Below are positions 58,328-64,000 of a stretch of 64,000 nucleotides of DNA, in pieces. Made by a program: the position numbers and the translations under genes. The stretch comes from an uncultured Chloroflexia bacterium. Lineage in GTDB: Bacteria > Chloroflexota > Limnocylindria > Limnocylindrales > CSP1-4. Location of the stretch: NCBI GenBank assembly GCA_963776925.1, contig CAVZON010000002.1:58-64057 (forward strand), written 5' to 3'. Under the pieces are notes generated by a model. It did not search any database and was not told the DNA's origin. It was given only the letters and a program-made list of their open reading frames with translations. The stretch's first letter is position 1; every line of letters begins with the position of its first letter.

Positions 58328-59288
58328 GCGATGCGTCCCGTGCTATCGAGCCCGCGCGCCATCGAGGCGAGCCACGAGCCCTGGGTGGAGAGTCGGAGAT
58401 GGCGGATGCCGAGCCGCTGGAACTCGGCGGCGACGGCGGCGCGCTCGTCGCGCGCCCCGGACTCGAACGCGTCGCGCAGCCGCCGGTCGGCGGTGTCGAC
58501 GCGCATGCGTCCGACCCGTCTCCGGATCGATCAGGGTCAGCTCGCCGATGTCGACGAGGGTCTCCTCGCGCGGGTCGGTCACCTCGATCGCGAGGACCGT
58601 GTGCCGAGCGACGACGTCGGTCAGCGCGCGGCGCCAATCGAGCGGTCCGCGGAAGTCGGAGACGATGGTCACGAGGCCGGCCGTCGTGCGCGAGGCAGCG
58701 ACGGTCCGCAGCGCGTCGGCGATCGACGACTGCGCTCGCGCCTTCCTCGGCCGGTTCGTCGGCGAGCGTCCGGAGCAGGCCGAGCATGCCGTTCCGACCA
58801 CCGGCGGGCGGCCGGACGACCGCGCGAGCGCCCGGACCGCCGAAGGCGACCACGCCGAGCCGATCGGAGCGGCGGGCGACGAAGCGGCCGATGACGAGGG
58901 CGGCGCCCTCGGCCACGTCCGCCTTGCGCCGGTCGGCGGTGCCGAAGTGCATCGACGCGGAGCGGTCGACGAGCAGCCAGGCCGTCAGCTGGCGGTCGGG
59001 CACGTCCTCGCGGACCTGCGGGATGCCGCTGCGCGCGGTGGCCTTCCAGTCGATGCGCCGGACGTCGTCGCCCGGCTCGTACGGCCGGATGCGGTCGAGC
59101 TCCAGGCCGGCGCCAAGGCCCAGCCCGCGGTGGTCGCCGACGAGGCGAGCCCCCGAGCGTCGGGTCAGGGCGATCTCCAGCCGGCGGACGAGGTCCTCGG
59201 CGATCGGGCCCGGACCGGGTCGTGCGGCGCTGCGCTCCCGCCCGGCGAGCCGGGCGAGGTCGCCGCCGCGCGTCGGGTCGAGGGTCAT
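58324..59288 (-). CDS. DUF58 domain-containing protein (two frame breaks)
   Basis: …GDHRGLGLGAGLELDRIRPYEPGDDVRRIDWKATAR…LLVDRSASM… then …GLVTIVSDFRG… and …AAEFQRLGIRHLRL… in other frames. ATG 59288 overlaps the MoxR stop. Confidence 0.8.
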
Positions 59289-60327
59289 GCCGTGGCCGCG
59301 CCCTGGTTGGCGAGGTCGAGCTGCGGGGCCGGCACGAGGCTCAGGACCCGCTGGATGACGCTGTCCGGCGTGATGCCGTCGGTCAGGGCGGCGTAGCGAC
59401 AGGACGAGGCGGTGGCGCAGGACGTCCGGGGCCAGCTCGGCGACATCCGACGGCAGGACGTAGCGCCGGCCGCGCAGGACGGCCAGGGCGCGGGCGCCAT
59501 GGACGAGGTTGATCGAGCCGCGCGGGCTGGCGCCGTAGGCGACGTAGCCCTCGAGCTCCGGGGCGCCCCAGTAGGTGAGCTTGCGGGTCGCCTCGACCAG
59601 GCCGACGGCGTAGCTGATGATCCGCGGGTCGACGTAGATGTCGTCGACGCGGCGCTGCAGCGCGGCCAGCCCCTCGGCGTCGAGGACCTCGCGCGGCGGC
59701 AGCCCCGGTCGCAGCGAGCGGGCGACGATCTGCGCCTCCTCGGACGGATCCGGGTAGCCGACGACGATCTTGAGCATGAACCGGTCGACCTGGGCCTCCG
59801 GCAGCGGGTAGGTGCCCTCCGCCTCGATCGGGTTCTCGGTGGCCAGGACGATGAACGGCTCGGGGACCTTGTGGGTCGTCGCCGCCGATCGTGACCTGGT
59901 GCTCCTGCATGACCTCGAGCAGGGCGGACTGGACCTTGGCCGGGGCGCGGTTGATCTCGTCGGCCAGCAGGAAGTTGGCGAAGACCGGGCCGAGCTCCGT
60001 CTCGAACGAGCCGTCGGACGGACGGTAGATGCGCGTGCCGACGAGGTCGGACGGCATGAGGTCCGGGGTGAACTGGATGCGCTTGAAGCTGCCACCCAGG
60101 ACATCGGCAAGGGTCTTGATGGTCAGCGTCTTGGCCAGGCCGGGCACGCCCTCGAGCAGGATGTGACCGCCGGACAGGAGGCCGACGAGGATCCGCTCGA
60201 GCATCTGGTCCTGGCCGACGATGACGCGTCGGACCTCGAACAGGATGGACTCGGACACGGCGCGCGCATCGGCCAGATCGGGCAGGGCGCGCAGGTCGGA
60301 CGTGGGCGTAGACGTGGTCTCGGTCAT
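59285..60327 (-). CDS. MoxR-family AAA+ ATPase (two frame breaks)
   Basis: Walker A ILLEGVPGLAKT, …RIQFTPDLMPSD…, Walker B FLLADEINRAPAKVQSALLE, then …VPEPFIVLATENPIEAEGTYPLPEAQVDRF… and …YGASPRGSINL… in a second frame. Confidence 0.88.
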
Positions 60328-60457
60328 GGGTGGCGACTCGTGCTGCGGGCCGGGCGGAGTGGGGGATGCCCGTGCGTGGCGACAACCATGCCCAACGTTC
60401 ATGAGGGTTCGGTGAGAGCGAAGGTCAAGGAATCGCAATCCTTCGCTGCCGCAGCGG

Positions 60458-60486
60458 TTGACGCGCCCCCGCCCCCAGCCCACCAT
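60458..60486 (+). promoter_or_regulatory. candidate promoter of the aldehyde dehydrogenase gene (TTGACG -17 nt- CACCAT)
   Basis: TTGACG at 60458-60463, 17-nt spacer, CACCAT at 60481-60486 (A2/T6 of TANNNT), 36 nt before ATG 60522. Sequence pattern only. Confidence 0.25.
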
Positions 60487-60521
60487 CGAGCCCCGTCCAC
60501 CGTTCGATCGAGGACCCACCG

Positions 60522-62027
60522 ATGGCCACCGTCACCCCCGACCGCGACCTCGACCTGCGCACCCGCCTGTTCATCGACGGCCGCTTCGTCGACGCCGCCG
60601 CCGGCGGGCGCTTCACGACCGAGAACCCGGCCACCGGCCAGCCACTCGCCGACGTCGCCGAGGGTGACGCCGCCGACGTCGACACCGCCGTCCGCGCGGC
60701 GCGCGCGGCCGTCGAGCACGGTCCGTGGGCGAGCCTGGCCCCGGCCGAGCGCAAGCGCGTCCTGCTGGCGGTCGCCGACGCCATCGATGCCAACACCGAG
60801 GAGCTGGCTCGCATCGAGAGCCTGGACGCGGGCAAGCCGATCGAGGACTGCCGGACGATCGACATCCCCGAGACGGCCAACACGATCCGCTGGCACGCCG
60901 AGGCCATCGACAAGCGCAACGACGACGTGAGCCCGACCGGCCGGGACGCCCTGGCGATGGTCGTGCGCGAGCCGGTCGGGGTGGTCGGCGCGGTCATCCC
61001 ATGGAACTACCCGGCGCTCATGGCGGCCTGGAAGCTCGGCCCGGCGCTGGCCACCGGCAACGCGGTCGTCATCAAGCCCGCCAGCTATACCGCCCTGAGC
61101 CTGCTGCGCATCGCCGAGCTGGCGACCGAGGCGGGGCTCCCGCCGGGCGTGCTCAATGTCGTCACCGGCGGCGGTGCCACCGCCGGCCAGGCCATCGGCC
61201 GACACCCGGACATCGATGCCGTCGCCTTCACCGGCTCGACCGAGGTCGGCCGCGATTTCCTGCACTACGCGGCCGAGTCGAACCTCAAGCGGGTCATGCT
61301 CGAGCTCGGCGGGAAGTCGCCGCAGGTCGTGATGCAGGACGTCAGCGACCTCGACAACCTCGTCGCCAACGCGGCCAACGCGATCTTCTGGAACATGGGC
61401 GAGAACTGCTCGGCCGGCTCGCGGATGGTCGTCCACGAGTCACGGCGCGACGAGGTCCTCGACCGGCTCGTCGCCCATGTCGAGCGGGAATGGGTCGTCG
61501 GCGACCCGATGGACCCGGCGACGCGCATCGGGGCGCTCATCTCGAAGGGCCACATGGAGCGCGTGCTCGACTACGTCGCGACCGGCCGCGCCGAGGGCGC
61601 TCGGGTGGCGACCGGCGGCCAGCGCGTCCGCGAGGACTCCGGCGGCTGGTTCGTCCAGCCGACGATCTTCGACGGCACGACCAACGACATGCGCATCGCC
61701 CGCGAGGAGATCTTCGGCCCGGTCCTGTCAGTCATGACCTTCCGCACCGAGGCAGAGGCGATCGCCATCGCCAATGACACGCCGTACGGGCTGGGCGCCT
61801 CCCTGTACACGGACGACCTGCACGTGGCCCATCGCGTGTCGCGTGCGCTCAAGGCCGGCACCGTCGGGGTGAACTGCTACTCCGAGGGCGACATGACGAC
61901 GCCGTTCGGCGGCTACAAGCAGTCCGGATTCGGTGGCCACGACAAGTCGCTCCAGGCGCACGACCAGTACACCGAGACGAAGACGATCTGGATCCAGCTC
62001 CGGACGGAGCCGGACGCCGATCGATGA
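60522..62027 (+). CDS. NAD(P)-dependent aldehyde dehydrogenase
   Basis: Intact 501 aa. …IPWNYPALMAAWKLGPALATGN…, FTGSTEVG, catalytic ELGGKSP and GENCSAGSR, …EEIFGPV…. Confidence 0.92.
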   Translation: MATVTPDRDLDLRTRLFIDGRFVDAAAGGRFTTENPATGQPLADVAEGDAADVDTAVRAARAAVEHGPWASLAPAERKRVLLAVADAIDANTEELARIESLDAGKPIEDCRTIDIPETANTIRWHAEAIDKRNDDVSPTGRDALAMVVREPVGVVGAVIPWNYPALMAAWKLGPALATGNAVVIKPASYTALSLLRIAELATEAGLPPGVLNVVTGGGATAGQAIGRHPDIDAVAFTGSTEVGRDFLHYAAESNLKRVMLELGGKSPQVVMQDVSDLDNLVANAANAIFWNMGENCSAGSRMVVHESRRDEVLDRLVAHVEREWVVGDPMDPATRIGALISKGHMERVLDYVATGRAEGARVATGGQRVREDSGGWFVQPTIFDGTTNDMRIAREEIFGPVLSVMTFRTEAEAIAIANDTPYGLGASLYTDDLHVAHRVSRALKAGTVGVNCYSEGDMTTPFGGYKQSGFGGHDKSLQAHDQYTETKTIWIQLRTEPDADR

Positions 62028-62092
62028 CGGTCCGCCAGGTGCGGGTGGTGGTCACGGTCGAGGACGACGACCGGGCGGTCGGCTGAGGCCGC

Positions 62093-62581
62093 TCAGCGGC
62101 CAGTGGCGACGTCCCGAGGTTCGAAGACGACGACCGCCGTCCCGTTCGGTCGGCGAGTGGCGAACCCGTCGAGGCTCCCGTAACCGCTGCCGCGTGCCAG
62201 CTCGGCCCACAGCCGGTCGCGCTCGTCGCCCTCGGCCGTGCGGGCGTGCACGGGTCGCGCGCCGTCCTTGAGGTCGACCACCGCGTCGGGCCGGTCGAGC
62301 AGGTTGAGCCACCAGGCGGGCTCGGGGGCTGCCCAGCCGTTCATCGCGAGGGTCACGAGGTTGGGCCCGTCCTCGATGTAGCCAAGGATCGCGATGCGCT
62401 CCTTGCCGGACTTCCGGCCGATCGTCCGCAGGCGCAGGTAGCCGAAATGGCCGTCCTCGTTCGGAGGGGCGAGCCCGCGGCGGCCGCCGGTGACCCGGTG
62501 GATCGTCCGATGCCCGACCCACGCGGTCCGGATGACCCAGCGCGGTGGGAGTCGACTCGGGGCTGTCTGTGCGTCCGTCAC
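62093..62581 (-). CDS. deazaflavin (F420)-dependent nitroreductase/quinone reductase family protein (DDN-like)
   Basis: Intact 162 aa. …LRLRTIGRKSGKERIAILGYIEDG…LVTLAMNGWAAPEPAWWLNL…, typical of the PF04075-type split beta-barrel family. Confidence 0.8.
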   Translation of the reverse strand: MTDAQTAPSRLPPRWVIRTAWVGHRTIHRVTGGRRGLAPPNEDGHFGYLRLRTIGRKSGKERIAILGYIEDGPNLVTLAMNGWAAPEPAWWLNLLDRPDAVVDLKDGARPVHARTAEGDERDRLWAELARGSGYGSLDGFATRRPNGTAVVVFEPRDVATGR

Positions 62582-62602
62582 GGTGGCTCCTCCTGGTCGA
62601 AT

Positions 62603-62650
62603 CTACGCCGTAGGTCTACGGTGTAGGGCATCCTAGACCTACGCTGTAGG
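62603..62650. promoter_or_regulatory. three CTAC-N3-GTAG palindromes (candidate TetR operators) in the divergent TetR / DDN promoter region
   Basis: CTACGCCGTAG (62603-62613), CTACGGTGTAG (62616-62626), CCTACGCTGTAGG (62638-62650). They lie 22-69 nt upstream of the DDN start and 33-80 nt upstream of the TetR start. Confidence 0.45.
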
Positions 62651-62682
62651 TTCGTCAACCCCGAAGGCTGTACGATGCCGCC

Positions 62683-63378
62683 ATGGCTCGACGACCGGCG
62701 ACCGGCCCCCCGCGTGCGACGACGCGTCCACCGCTGACCCGCGAGGCGATCGTCGGCGTGGCGGTCGAGCTCGCCGACAGCGACGGTCTGGAGGCCGTGA
62801 GCATGCGTCGCCTGGGGCAGCGGCTCGGCGTCGACCCCATGTCGCTGTACAACCACGTGGGCGACAAGGACGACCTCCTCGACGCCATGGCCGATGCGGT
62901 GGTCGCCACCATCGAGCCGCGGACCGACGCCGCCGCCTGGCCGTCCGCCCTCCGCGCGCAGATCATGGCGGCCCGCGCCACGATGCTCCGCCATCCCTGG
63001 GCGGCGACCGTCGTGGCCCGCCCACGCGATCCGGGTCCGGCGACCCTGGGCTACATGGAGCGGCTCATGGCGATCCTTCGCGATGGCGGCGTCTCGCTCG
63101 ACCTCACCCATCACGCCGTGCATGTGCTCGGCAGTCGCGTCCTGGGTTTCAGCCAGGACCTGTTCGAGGACAAGTCGGCAGAGCGCCCGGATCCGGCCGC
63201 CGCCGCGGCGATGGCGGCCCAGTTCGCGGCGGGCTACCCGCGCGTCGCCGAGATGGCGCTCGCGGTCAGCCATGACGGTGGTCTCGGCGGTTGCGACGAC
63301 GACGTGGAGTTCGCCTTCGCCCTCGACCTGATCATCGACGGCCTGGAGCGGCGACGGGCGACTGACGCCGGCGCCTGA
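62683..63378 (+). CDS. TetR/AcrR-family transcriptional regulator
   Basis: Intact 231 aa. HTH …EAIVGVAVELADSDGLEAVSMRRLGQRLGVDPMSLYNHVGDKDDLL…, TetR_C-like helical C-domain. Confidence 0.88.
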   Translation: MARRPATGPPRATTRPPLTREAIVGVAVELADSDGLEAVSMRRLGQRLGVDPMSLYNHVGDKDDLLDAMADAVVATIEPRTDAAAWPSALRAQIMAARATMLRHPWAATVVARPRDPGPATLGYMERLMAILRDGGVSLDLTHHAVHVLGSRVLGFSQDLFEDKSAERPDPAAAAAMAAQFAAGYPRVAEMALAVSHDGGLGGCDDDVEFAFALDLIIDGLERRRATDAGA

Positions 63379-63417
63379 CGCCGGGGCCCGGCGCCGGGGG
63401 ACTGATCGGAGGCCGGC

Positions 63418-64000
63418 TCAGCCGGGCGTCACCGCGGGGCCGGCGGCGGCCATCTCGAGTGCCTGCGCGAAGACCTCCGCAGGCTGCGCGCCGGACACGC
63501 CGACGGCGCGATCGAAGACGAAGAACGGGACACCCGTCAGCCCGAGCGCGACGCCGGTCCTGATGTCGTCCTCGACCTCGGCGGTGAAGGCATCGCTCGC
63601 CAGGACCGCCTCGACGTCCGCCGCCGGCACGCCGACCTCGCCGGCCAGCCGGACGAGCGTCGCCGGCTCGTCGAGGACCTCCCCCTCGACCAGCTGGGCA
63701 CGCAGGAACCGCTCCTGGATCGCATCGCCGAACCCCTGGCTCGCAGCCAGGTGCGCGACCCGATGCGCATCGAACGTGTTCACGACCGTGTACCGGTCGA
63801 AGTCATAGGCGAGGCCCTCTGCCGCGGCCAGGGCCGTGACCCGCTCGTCCATGACCTTGACGTCGGCGAGCGAGCGCCTCGTCTTCTCCGCCAGGTACTC
63901 GTCATGGCGACGGCGCAGCCCGCGTGGATGGTCGGGGTTGAGCTGGAAGCTGCGCCACACGACCTCGACCGGCACGGGCACGTCGGTCGCCGCCAGCGCA
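63418..64000 (-). CDS. DsbA-family oxidoreductase (FrnE-like); 5' end beyond window end
   Basis: …VEVVWRSFQLNPD…, …VNTFDAHRVAHLA…, …GLTGVPFFVFD…GAQPAEVFAQAL…. The N-terminal CxxC part lies outside the window. Confidence 0.8.
   Translation of the reverse strand, partial: ALAATDVPVPVEVVWRSFQLNPDHPRGLRRRHDEYLAEKTRRSLADVKVMDERVTALAAAEGLAYDFDRYTVVNTFDAHRVAHLAASQGFGDAIQERFLRAQLVEGEVLDEPATLVRLAGEVGVPAADVEAVLASDAFTAEVEDDIRTGVALGLTGVPFFVFDRAVGVSGAQPAEVFAQALEMAAAGPAVTPG

Noticed and set aside
57201-60110. 969-aa minus-strand ORF that looks like one giant gene.
   Set aside because: It is a chimera. Only two internal segments are real, in-frame pieces of MoxR and DUF58. The rest is out-of-frame read-through across the VWA gene, made possible by the scarcity of stop codons.
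60415-60450. Hairpin AGCGAAGG-N15-CCTTCGCT with an alternative left arm in the MoxR / aldehyde dehydrogenase divergent region (possible riboswitch or attenuator).
   Set aside because: It is only an 8-bp stem, and I recognise no conserved riboswitch core. It is more likely part of ordinary promoter or UTR sequence.

Overview
Very GC-rich (by eye about 70% or more) chromosomal segment with an Actinomycetota-like gene repertoire: PASTA Ser/Thr kinase, deazaflavin/F420-type nitroreductase, LigC plus an AEP primase-polymerase, DUF3105, and exoproteins with Pro/Thr linkers. I can support about 60 protein genes and one tRNA-Glu.

Gene blocks, left to right:
- argS (partial).
- A two-gene surface-protein locus (1.3-8.4 kb), including a ~4.9 kb gene with about 9 tandem DUF11-type repeats.
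- PHP phosphatase / ECF sigma / anti-sigma / MBL hydrolase operon.
- tdh-kbl threonine catabolism and an FAH-family hydrolase.
- tRNA-Glu with small orphan genes.
- DMT transporter, NarL-type regulator, alpha/beta hydrolase, galU.
- PASTA kinase.
- A zinc-ribbon gene plus an Ig-like membrane protein gene.
- folC-folP-folB.
- An MprAB/PepD-like module (OmpR regulator, HAMP kinase, HtrA).
- L25/Ctc.
- LysR regulator and long-form isocitrate lyase.
- LigC, methyltransferase and PrimPol repair module.
- YciI and ECF sigma pair.
- lacI-malEFG with three tandem GH13 hydrolases.
- MoxR-DUF58-VWA-methyltransferase.
- Aldehyde dehydrogenase, and a TetR / deazaflavin-oxidoreductase divergon.
- DsbA-like gene (partial).

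I saw no transposase, integrase, phage gene, CRISPR array or rRNA.

Key technical point: roughly half of the genes read as full-length homologues only when hopping between reading frames. The ORF track is therefore fragmented, and the longest ORFs are antisense artefacts. Gene spans below are bridged spans. Exact frame-break positions and some start codons are approximate.

Most unusual observation: both surface proteins end in an identical non-LPXTG hexapeptide (TLPPTD), then a spacer, a hydrophobic helix and a basic tail. This is a candidate undescribed C-terminal sorting signal. The same locus is flanked by a small family of GGACGGA/TCCGTCC inverted repeats.
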